From an uncultured Clostridia bacterium (GTDB lineage Bacteria > Bacillota > Clostridia > CAKSNL01 > HGM11501), in the NCBI GenBank assembly GCA_934476235.1, contig CAKSNL010000001.1:44497-108496 (forward strand): a stretch of DNA of 64,000 nt, read 5' to 3'. The notes under the pieces were generated by a model. It was given only the letters and a program-made list of their open reading frames with translations, was not told where the DNA came from and made no database searches. Below, one piece after another: positions 19,195 to 26,883 of the stretch (the first letter of the stretch is position 1; each line of letters begins with the position of its first letter). The position numbers and the translations under genes are program-made.

Positions 19195-20616
19195 TTATAA
19201 ACCGAGCTTGAACGGATTCATGATTCCGTTGGGATCAAGCTGTTTCTTAATTCCTTCAAATACCTGCATTGCGGGACCGTACTGCTCCTTCATGAGTCTG
19301 CCGAGCTTGATGCCGACGCCGTGGTGGTCGTTAACGACACCGCCGTTTGCGATAGCCGTGCGCACACCGCAGCTCCAGATAGCGTTATGAAGTCTTAACG
19401 CCTCGTGAGGATCTGCCGGAACATCGTCAACTATGAATCTGTCGTAAACCATTGCGCCCCACTCGTACCAGTGCGAGAAGTGAGCGATAAAGCGCGCCAT
19501 CGGGAAATTCTCCTCGATTGCCTTTTTCATTGCCCAGTATATTTTTTCAATCTTGTCGTAAGGAGCGATCGTATCCATGGTTCCGAACATCTGCGGAAGG
19601 TCCATCATATGACCGGGATAGAAGAATGTGATCTTCTCGTCCCACCACTTTTTACCGTACTCGCTGCCTAAGTCCTCTGCTCCGTACTTTTTAACGAAGG
19701 TATCCAAAAGAATCTTCTCTTCAACCGCGACAAGCTCGGAAACGCCCTCGATAGCCACGTTCATAAACGCGCCCTTCTTCTCAACGCCGACAATCTTTTT
19801 GATAAGCGTGGAGGTCTCCGCCTCGTCGTAAAGACGCATAACGGAGGGCTTGAACTTCTGGAGCAGCTCGCGCGCGCCGTTGAACGCGTCGCTCATATTC
19901 TTGAATAAGAATCCGCGGAAGCGTCTTTCCTCGGGCATATCGTAAATTCTCATCTGAGCCTTTGTGATAATACCGAGCGTGCCCTCGGAGCCGATGAATA
20001 TCTGGTTAAGGTCGGGACCTGCCGCATGCTTGGGAGCCGGCGATGTCTCGATAATGTCGCCGTTCGGGAGCACGACCTCCATTTGAAGCGTCATATCGTC
20101 AATCTTTCCGTATTTCGTGGAAACGACGCCGATACCTCTGTGAGCCAAAAAGCCGCCGACCGTTGAACATGTAAGTGAGCTGGGATAGTGCATCGTAGCA
20201 TATCCTCTTTCGTTTGCTGCCCATTCGATGTGCTTATAGATGGCGCCCGTTCCGCACTCTATGTACATTCCCTGTTCGTTGATGTCATAAATCTTATCCA
20301 TTCTCTTGGTATCCAATACGATACCGCCGCAAACGGGAATGGCGCCGCCCTGCGTTCCGCCGCCGCCGCCCCATGCGGTCACGGGAATCTTATAGTAGTT
20401 TGCAATCTTTAATACGTTGGAAACCTCTTTTGCGTCCTTGGGCGATACAATGATCGCTCCCTCGGGCATTCTCTCCCCGCGGTCAGCCCACATTCTTGAA
20501 AGCCAGAAGTAGTCCACGCTGTGAGATATCTTGTCTATCGTGCGTGTCGAGCAGTTTTCTCTGCCGACCGCGTCCTCAAGCTCGGACGCGATCATATCAA
20601 ATAAAAAATCGTTCAT
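19195..20616 (-). CDS. FAD-linked oxidase (GlcD / D-lactate dehydrogenase family)
   Basis: FAD_binding_4 type N-domain (WGGGGGTQGG) and an FAD-oxidase C-terminal domain ending HHGVGIKLG...MNPFKLG. Confidence 0.8.
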   Translation of the reverse strand: MNDFLFDMIASELEDAVGRENCSTRTIDKISHSVDYFWLSRMWADRGERMPEGAIIVSPKDAKEVSNVLKIANYYKIPVTAWGGGGGTQGGAIPVCGGIVLDTKRMDKIYDINEQGMYIECGTGAIYKHIEWAANERGYATMHYPSSLTCSTVGGFLAHRGIGVVSTKYGKIDDMTLQMEVVLPNGDIIETSPAPKHAAGPDLNQIFIGSEGTLGIITKAQMRIYDMPEERRFRGFLFKNMSDAFNGARELLQKFKPSVMRLYDEAETSTLIKKIVGVEKKGAFMNVAIEGVSELVAVEEKILLDTFVKKYGAEDLGSEYGKKWWDEKITFFYPGHMMDLPQMFGTMDTIAPYDKIEKIYWAMKKAIEENFPMARFIAHFSHWYEWGAMVYDRFIVDDVPADPHEALRLHNAIWSCGVRTAIANGGVVNDHHGVGIKLGRLMKEQYGPAMQVFEGIKKQLDPNGIMNPFKLGL

Positions 20617-20639
20617 TTTATTTTTCCTTTCTCTAAAAA

Positions 20640-22043
20640 TTATTCTTCGATCGGGTCAAATTCAAGACCCGGAATGAACTTGCAGAATTCCTTAAGCACA
20701 TCGGCATACGTTCCGTATATCTCGCTCATGTGGTGTATGTAAGGACCCTCGATGAGCTTTCTTTCAAGCTTTGAAAGATCGGAAAACTCAGCCCACATAT
20801 GCGTTCCGAAGGTGTGGGGTCCGTCCGTCGTCTTAAAGTTTCCGCCAAGAAGCGTGTAGCGCCCCGCCTCTCCCTGGAAGCGCGCGATGGTGTATTCTCC
20901 GTCCTTCGCTCTGAAGCTCGGCTTCGTGTTCCAAAGCTCCGCCTTCACGCCCTCTTTCTTAACCGAATACGGGAACGGACCGCAGTGCCACAAAAGCTCG
21001 GCGTTCTTATTTTCGGGATGGCGCACGGTGAATTCTCCGAAGGTCGGCGCGTCCTCTCCGCGTGCGGCGCACATTAATATCGCCTGGCTGATCGCGCCGT
21101 GAATGTCCGACTCACAGGCAACGATATAGCCCATATCATACAAAATGCTCATCGCAAGGCACGGATTTGCGCGGAACGCCAAGGGCATGCTCGTCCAGCA
21201 CTCGGAAGCCAGAACCGAGGCTTTCGTGTCGTTAAATATCTCAATATACGCATAAACGAACGTCAGCATTCTCTTAAGCGTTTCATCGTCAAGATTCTTA
21301 ACGTCGTAAAGCTCCTTTAAGCGCACAAGATCCTCCTTAAGCTCCTTTGCCTTTTCTTCGTAGAGCCTTTCGAGCTTTTTCTCCATAACCGTCATGTTAA
21401 CGGTGTTTAAGTTGATTCCGAACTTTTCGGTCAGCTCCAGCTCGTTTGACATAACGCTCTTGAACGGGTCAAGCCTCGTTCCGACCATGGTTACGCGCAA
21501 GGTCTTAAAGTTTTTGACCATTGTGGCAACCGACAAAAACTTTTTAACGCCGTCTGAGAAAACGCCGTCCGTCATGCGGCAGTTCTCAATGTAGGAAAAC
21601 GGCACCCCGAGGCGCTTTAACTGCTTGCTTATTGCAAAAAGTCCACACTGGCAGTCGGTGTATCTTCCGCCGTCCGGCTCAAACACATCGTCCAGCGGTC
21701 CCCACAAAAGAACCGGAACGCCCATAAGCTTTGCGACCTGACCCGCCGCCTCTTCGCTTCCGAAGTTGCAGTTGATTAAAAATACCGCGTCAACCCCCTC
21801 CGCTTTGAAACGCTCCGCAACGCGCGGCGCGTCATACGGGTCATACAAAAGCCCTTCTTCATTTAAAAATGCAAGATCCGTAAACTCCGTCTTGTCGTCG
21901 GAAAAGCTTTCCTTTATGTAAGGAAGTACTTTTTCCTTGTTTTCCCACGCCTTTTTCGGTTCAAATATTCCCTTTCTGGTCGCGGCGTCAGCCAAATGGC
22001 GGCGCATGGGAATAAGCCCGATTTTTAATTTATAGTCAAGCAT
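20640..22043 (-). CDS. L-fucose/L-arabinose isomerase family protein
   Basis: 467-aa product resembling the short fucose-isomerase-like family of Firmicutes. It is the first gene of the operon and has the RBS AAAGGAAAGAGGGAG. Confidence 0.5.
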   Translation of the reverse strand: MLDYKLKIGLIPMRRHLADAATRKGIFEPKKAWENKEKVLPYIKESFSDDKTEFTDLAFLNEEGLLYDPYDAPRVAERFKAEGVDAVFLINCNFGSEEAAGQVAKLMGVPVLLWGPLDDVFEPDGGRYTDCQCGLFAISKQLKRLGVPFSYIENCRMTDGVFSDGVKKFLSVATMVKNFKTLRVTMVGTRLDPFKSVMSNELELTEKFGINLNTVNMTVMEKKLERLYEEKAKELKEDLVRLKELYDVKNLDDETLKRMLTFVYAYIEIFNDTKASVLASECWTSMPLAFRANPCLAMSILYDMGYIVACESDIHGAISQAILMCAARGEDAPTFGEFTVRHPENKNAELLWHCGPFPYSVKKEGVKAELWNTKPSFRAKDGEYTIARFQGEAGRYTLLGGNFKTTDGPHTFGTHMWAEFSDLSKLERKLIEGPYIHHMSEIYGTYADVLKEFCKFIPGLEFDPIEE

Positions 22044-22082
22044 GTCTTCTCCCTCTTTCCTTTTTGATTTTACTTCGAAACT

Positions 22083-22111
22083 ATATTATCACACATTCAG
22101 GCAAAAATCAA
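22083..22111 (-). promoter_or_regulatory. Sigma-A type promoter for the 9-gene operon (TTGATT, 17-nt spacer, TAATAT)
   Basis: Read on the minus strand: ttgatttttgcctgaatgtgtgataatat. Confidence 0.5.
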
Positions 22112-22167
22112 TAGTTTTTTGAAATATTTTTTCATTTATTTTTTGTTTTTCGCGCTTTCCATACATT

Positions 22168-22190
22168 GTATTGTGAAAATTATTTTCAGA
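22168..22190. promoter_or_regulatory. Operator-like repeat copy 1 (TGTATTGTGAAAATTATTTTCAG)
   Basis: Twice-occurring ~22-nt motif in the divergent rpiR/operon region. The GAAAATTATTTTC core is near-palindromic. Confidence 0.45.
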
Positions 22191-22204
22191 ACATCCGTTT
22201 CCGG

Positions 22205-22233
22205 TTGACTTTTTTTGCCCCTTGCGGTATAAT
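22205..22233 (+). promoter_or_regulatory. Sigma-A type promoter for rpiR (TTGACT, 17-nt spacer, TATAAT)
   Basis: Consensus boxes seen 40 nt upstream of the ATG at 22274. Confidence 0.6.
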
Positions 22234-22237
22234 CAGA

Positions 22238-22260
22238 CTGTATTGAAAATAATTTTCATT
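22238..22260. promoter_or_regulatory. Operator-like repeat copy 2 (TGTATTGAAAATAATTTTCATT), immediately downstream of the rpiR -10 box
   Basis: Second copy of the motif. Its position suggests autoregulation. Confidence 0.45.
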
Positions 22261-22273
22261 TTCGGAGGCTCAA

Positions 22274-23110
22274 ATGGATAAAACTCTTTTGAAAATACAG
22301 GTTTTATATAACGATATGGGAAAGTCGGAAAAGAAGATTGCGGACTATATCCTATCAGACCCCGGCGCCCTCTTGCCCCTTTCCATAACGGATCTGGCGG
22401 ACAGGAGCAACAGCAGCGAGGCAACCATCGTGCGCTTTGCAAAAAGGCTCGGGCTCTCGGGCTATCAGGAGCTTAAGATAACGCTTGCCCAGGAAAGCGG
22501 AAAGGCGGCAAACACGCACGATATTGATATTGACGATTCGCTTTCCGAAATATATGACAAGGTCACGAGCGACATTTACCGTTCTCTTGAGATGACGAAA
22601 AAATCGCTTAGTCCCGAGGAGCTTACCGCCGCTGCCGAAGCGGTGCTCTCCGCCGGCAAGGTCGTCATCTTCGGTCTGGGCAATTCCGCCTCCGTCGCGG
22701 CGGACGCGGGGCACAAATTCTTCCGCGCCGGGATCGACGCGGCGGCGTATTCGGACAACCACATGCAGGCTATCGCCGCGTCGCACCTTAAAGAGGGGGA
22801 CGTTGCCATCGGCATATCTCATTCCGGTTCCTCGCGCGATATTGCGGACGCGTTAAAGATTGCGCGCGAGCATAACGCCAAAACTATCGCCATCACAAAC
22901 AAGGGCAGATCACCCGTCGCCGGAATGGCGGATTTAAAGCTTTTCACCGCGTCGCAGGAAACGGAGTATACTATTTTGGGCTTAAACTCCAGAATTGCCG
23001 CCCTCGCGATAATCGACACGATATATTCCTACATCGTGTGCCACAAAAAGGGTGACGCGCTCTCTGCCATAGCGAATGTGGAGGACGCGTTAAAGAGTAA
23101 GAAATATTAA
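22274..23110 (+). CDS. MurR/RpiR family transcriptional regulator (HTH plus SIS domain)
   Basis: N-terminal HTH (ATIVRFAKRLGLSGYQELK) and a C-terminal SIS sugar-phosphate-binding domain. Confidence 0.85.
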   Translation: MDKTLLKIQVLYNDMGKSEKKIADYILSDPGALLPLSITDLADRSNSSEATIVRFAKRLGLSGYQELKITLAQESGKAANTHDIDIDDSLSEIYDKVTSDIYRSLEMTKKSLSPEELTAAAEAVLSAGKVVIFGLGNSASVAADAGHKFFRAGIDAAAYSDNHMQAIAASHLKEGDVAIGISHSGSSRDIADALKIAREHNAKTIAITNKGRSPVAGMADLKLFTASQETEYTILGLNSRIAALAIIDTIYSYIVCHKKGDALSAIANVEDALKSKKY

Positions 23111-23170
23111 AAAAGCGCCGAAATATACCGAGTATTCCTAAAAATCCTCCCGGTTTTTATTGCATAAAAA

Positions 23171-23220
23171 CCACCCTCCTTTAGCAAGGAGGGCTTTAAA
23201 GGCTCCCTTGCTAAAGGGAG
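23171..23220. repeat. Copy B of the shared motif, here part of a ~50-nt imperfect palindrome (CTCCTTTAGCAAGGAGGG ... CTCCCTTGCTAAAGGGAG)
   Basis: Inverted repeat seen in a convergent intergenic region. Confidence 0.5.
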
Positions 23221-23304
23221 CTGTCATTTTTCTTAAAAATGACTGAGGGATTTTTCAGTACACCCGCATAAGTCAAGGGGTAATTTTTTACGCACCCCCC
23301 ACAT

Positions 23305-23326
23305 AGCGCCATGCGGCGCTTTTTTA
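23305..23326 (+). terminator. Short GC hairpin (AGCGCC-ATGC-GGCGCT) plus T6, a candidate terminator downstream of rpiR
   Basis: The stem is only 6 bp, so this is a weak call. Confidence 0.4.
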
Positions 23327-23456
23327 TTGCATAAAAAAATGCCCGGAGCCTTAAGTACTCCGGGCGGAAGGAACATATAATAAGGCTTTTACACCCTATT
23401 ACCTTTTTTATTTGCACGGAGCGGAAAATACCGCTCCGTGCTTTGCTAAGAAAATT

Positions 23457-23609
23457 TTAGTTAATGTCAATCCAATTGATCTTGCCTTTACCCATAAGCT
23501 TGCCCTCGCCCTCAATAGTTTTGAGTGTGCTTGCCATTATTATGTCGCCGGACTCGATTTTTGTAACCTCAAGGGTCGGCGCTTCATATTTTTTCATTTC
23601 TTTCATCAT
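23457..23609 (-). CDS. Small hypothetical protein (50 aa, MMKEMKKYEAPTLEV...GKINWIDIN), translationally coupled to the upstream beta-helix protein gene
   Basis: A strong RBS AAGAGGAGG overlaps the TAA stop of the 948-aa gene. The product is hydrophilic with no Cys and no TM segment. Confidence 0.4.
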   Translation of the reverse strand: MMKEMKKYEAPTLEVTKIESGDIIMASTLKTIEGEGKLMGKGKINWIDIN

Positions 23610-23625
23610 TTCAAAACGCCTCCTC

Positions 23626-26472
23626 TTAATCAGTATACTCAACAAGTTTTTCATTCGCCTTGGTGAATGAAACCGCGCTTCCGTAAACATACTGCACCTT
23701 GTCAATACCCTTTATCTTGTAATAGCTTACGGGAACATAAGTGTAAGTCGTGTTTTCATCAAGCGTTATGCTGCCAGGCTCTGCCTCGTCCATATCTACG
23801 ATGAAGCCCTTGCCTTCCCCGAAGACTGCGGATACGCCCTCGTCGCCTTCATTAAACCGAAGCTTGGAGGTTGTTTCAAGAACTTCCGCCCCGCTTGTCT
23901 TTACGAACGCGGTTCCGAAGTACTCAAGGGGAGTATTTGCGTCATTTCCGGACGTTGTCAAAAATCTTATAACGCCGTAGCTGTTCCCGTCCTTCTCATA
24001 TACGCCCTTGTCGGTCTCTATCTTAAGGTCGGGCGCCTTTGTCCATTCAAGCATTCCCTCGCCGTTCACGAATGCGAATAATTTTCCGTCGCCGTCGCTC
24101 ACAATAGCCGAAGTGTCGGCAAGTGTTGCGCCGCTCTCGATATATCCGATGTAAACGCCCTGTCTTGCAAGATTCTCGGGCTTCGTTTCATTCTTCGCGC
24201 TCTCAGCCACGCCGTGAACGCCTATCTTGCCTGAAAAACCGTTTTTAACAGTCAGGTTCTGCCCGCTTCCCGAAGCAAAGTAAACATTTCTGATTTTGCC
24301 CTTGTCATCTCCTGCCGTGGGAACATTTTCTATAATGCTTGTTGAGCCGTTTAAGTTTAAGCTTCCGGTTATAAACCATACTCCGAATCCGTTGCCGGTC
24401 ACATTCGTATCGGTCAGATTAACGGTTCCGTTAGCAAACACCATTCCTCTTTCAAACCCTGTTATTGTCACATTCTGAGTGTTTAACGTAGCGTACTGAT
24501 TGTTCACATAAACGCCGTATCCGTTCTTATCGGCACCTTCTACCGTAACATTTTCAAGCGTGAGTACCGAAGGATTGGCGGATGATGCATTGTGCTGGCT
24601 GAATGCGTAATCATTTGCCCCGGTCGCGGTCTTTTTTACCGTCAGGTTTCTCATTGTGATATTCTGCCTTGTAAAAATCGTTATCCCGCTGTTTACGCTG
24701 ATCGTCTTTCCGCGTCCCTCTACGGTAAAGGTTCCCATTCCGAATTTAAAATAGGAATTGTCATTCGCTTGGGAAATCGTCACGTCATCGAGCAGATACA
24801 CCGTGCCCCCGTTATACTTATTATCCGTGGGCAAAAGGTCGTAAAAGTCGGTGAAAAGGCTCCATTCACCGTTTAGATTCAATGCCAGCTTCTTTTCAGC
24901 GTCTGCATAGAATACGGAGCCGTCTTCAATAATGCCTTCACATTTATTGTTGCCCGCAACGGTTCCCGTTACGGCTGCGCCGCTGACCGCATATATGTTA
25001 AACGGTGTGTTTTTTGTTATATTCGCTTCGCTGCCGACATTTAACGTTACGCCCGCGCCGATATATACCGGAGCTTTTCTTGCAGCCGTTGCACTGTTGC
25101 CGGTTATTGTTCCGCTGTTTAACGTAACCGTTTCGGCTTTGTCAAGCCAAACTGCGCAGTTAAAGCCTTCTATTGTTATATTGTCGGCAATGAGTGAAGC
25201 GTTGTCATGAGCTAAATAAATCGCCGTTCCTTTAGTCGTTCCGGCATTTTTAATAGTAACGCCATCAAGCGTGAGTACCGAGGGAGTGCCGGCAGCTGCC
25301 ACATTCTGCAATATTGCATAATCGGTATCGCCTGCCGCGGTCTTTTCGATTGTAAGGTTCTTAAGGGTAAGCTTCTGTCTCGGGAAAATATGTATTCCGG
25401 AAGCTACGCTAATCGTCTTTCCGCAGCCCTCTATCGTCAATTTGCCCGCGCCGAATTTCATGTTGCTTCCGGCATTTCCTTTTGTCATGCTGACATTGTC
25501 AAAAAGATACATCGTGCAGTTATTCCAGTCGCTGTCTTTCGTCATAGGCTCGCTGAAATCCTCGTAAAAATGCCAGCTGTTCGTAGTTTCACTGCTGTTT
25601 CTTCTTCCGTATATGGCAATCTTTTTATCGGTATCGGCATAAACCGTATCGCCCTCCGCCAAAACGCTTTCAATCTTGTTGTTATTTGCAACGGTTCCCG
25701 TTAAAGCCGCATTTTTTGTCAGATATACGTTAAACGGAATATTTTCGCTGATAGCTGCGTTCTCCGAAACATTGACCGTTCCGCCGGCTGCATATACGGC
25801 TCCGTATCCGCCGGTGTTTCCGGTAATCGTTCCGCCGTTTATGTTAACCGTTGAGCTTCCGCTGTGTATGGCAATAGTTCCGAATGCCGAAGCCACGCAG
25901 TTTCTAAATTCGCCGCCGTTTATGTTGACAGTCGTGCCGCCGCCCTGTATGAATATAACAGAGCCGTTTCCGCCCTGAACAGAGTCAAACACGGTTCCTT
26001 CTTCAATATTGAGAACGCCGCCGTTCGTGCTTCCAATATATGTGAAAAGTGCGTAGGAAGCTCTTGTCTCGTTCGTTACCGTGATGTTTTTAAGCGTAAG
26101 ATTTCCCGATGCGAGCCCTATATACGAGCCAAGGTCTCCGTTCTTTGCAACCGTCAGCGTATTTCCGCCGCCGTCAAGCGTAAAATTCTTGCTTCCGAGG
26201 TCATAGTAATACGATATTACCGCACCGCTGGTATTTTTAAGTTCCTTGTCTCCGGTCAGCGTTGCGTTCGCCAAAAGTACGATTTTTCCGCCGTCCGGCA
26301 CGTTTTCTATCGCTTCTTCAAGCGTCGTATAATTTGCGCTCAAAGCTCCGTCCGCATTGTACACCGCGGCAACCTCGCCCTCAGCAAAGGACGGCACCGC
26401 AAGTGCAAAAACGCACAAAAGAGCGACTGACAAAACGAGCATCGCCTTTCCGATTCTGTTTCCGATTTTCAT
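23626..26472 (-). CDS. Secreted parallel beta-helix repeat protein (pectate-lyase-fold / adhesin-like) with an internal ~225-aa tandem duplication
   Basis: Signal peptide MKIGNRIGKAMLVLSVALLCVFALAVPSFA. Abundant G/N/T-rich beta-helix rungs (NITV, GGTxTGN, NVTI). Two ~65%-identical repeat units at about 24312-24987 and 24987-25662. A GGAGG RBS precedes the ATG at 26472. Confidence 0.7.
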   Translation of the reverse strand: MKIGNRIGKAMLVLSVALLCVFALAVPSFAEGEVAAVYNADGALSANYTTLEEAIENVPDGGKIVLLANATLTGDKELKNTSGAVISYYYDLGSKNFTLDGGGNTLTVAKNGDLGSYIGLASGNLTLKNITVTNETRASYALFTYIGSTNGGVLNIEEGTVFDSVQGGNGSVIFIQGGGTTVNINGGEFRNCVASAFGTIAIHSGSSTVNINGGTITGNTGGYGAVYAAGGTVNVSENAAISENIPFNVYLTKNAALTGTVANNNKIESVLAEGDTVYADTDKKIAIYGRRNSSETTNSWHFYEDFSEPMTKDSDWNNCTMYLFDNVSMTKGNAGSNMKFGAGKLTIEGCGKTISVASGIHIFPRQKLTLKNLTIEKTAAGDTDYAILQNVAAAGTPSVLTLDGVTIKNAGTTKGTAIYLAHDNASLIADNITIEGFNCAVWLDKAETVTLNSGTITGNSATAARKAPVYIGAGVTLNVGSEANITKNTPFNIYAVSGAAVTGTVAGNNKCEGIIEDGSVFYADAEKKLALNLNGEWSLFTDFYDLLPTDNKYNGGTVYLLDDVTISQANDNSYFKFGMGTFTVEGRGKTISVNSGITIFTRQNITMRNLTVKKTATGANDYAFSQHNASSANPSVLTLENVTVEGADKNGYGVYVNNQYATLNTQNVTITGFERGMVFANGTVNLTDTNVTGNGFGVWFITGSLNLNGSTSIIENVPTAGDDKGKIRNVYFASGSGQNLTVKNGFSGKIGVHGVAESAKNETKPENLARQGVYIGYIESGATLADTSAIVSDGDGKLFAFVNGEGMLEWTKAPDLKIETDKGVYEKDGNSYGVIRFLTTSGNDANTPLEYFGTAFVKTSGAEVLETTSKLRFNEGDEGVSAVFGEGKGFIVDMDEAEPGSITLDENTTYTYVPVSYYKIKGIDKVQYVYGSAVSFTKANEKLVEYTD
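24312..25662 (-). repeat. Intragenic tandem duplication (2 x ~675 nt) within the beta-helix protein gene
   Basis: The protein segments VYADTDKKIAIYG...LTLDGVTIKN and FYADAEKKLALNL...LTLENVTVEG align along their length. The DNA copies are diverged, so this is an old duplication. Confidence 0.6.
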
Positions 26473-26883
26473 CGTTTGTTTCCTCCCTTTCCTTTTTACA
26501 ATTTATATTGCCTCATCAGTTTTATAAAACGTCATAAATCTAAAACTGCCATTCTGATCTTAAGTTTATTTTATCATTTCGCTTATTGCCTTTCATTAAG
26601 TTTTTTGACATTATTGCACTATTTTCTTTGATTTTTTGACATTTGTATTTTTATTTTCGGTTCCGAAGATTATAATTCATTAAAAAATAATGGATAAACC
26701 CGAAAACAAAGTGGTTGACTTAAAGCTCCATGATATATTAAAATACAGTCAATGTCAAAAAACTAAAGAAATTACCGAAAAAAGCGCAAAAAATTCCGAT
26801 TGACGAAGCAAGGCAAAATGTTCTATAATATATAGGAACGTATTTCGTAAAAGTAATACAAATTTTTAAAGAGGTGTTTTTTA

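Noticed and set aside
23211-23417. 68-aa minus-strand ORF in the hairpin-rich intergenic region
   Set aside because: It overlaps several palindromic elements, and its translation is dominated by residues encoded by the repeats. It has no RBS.
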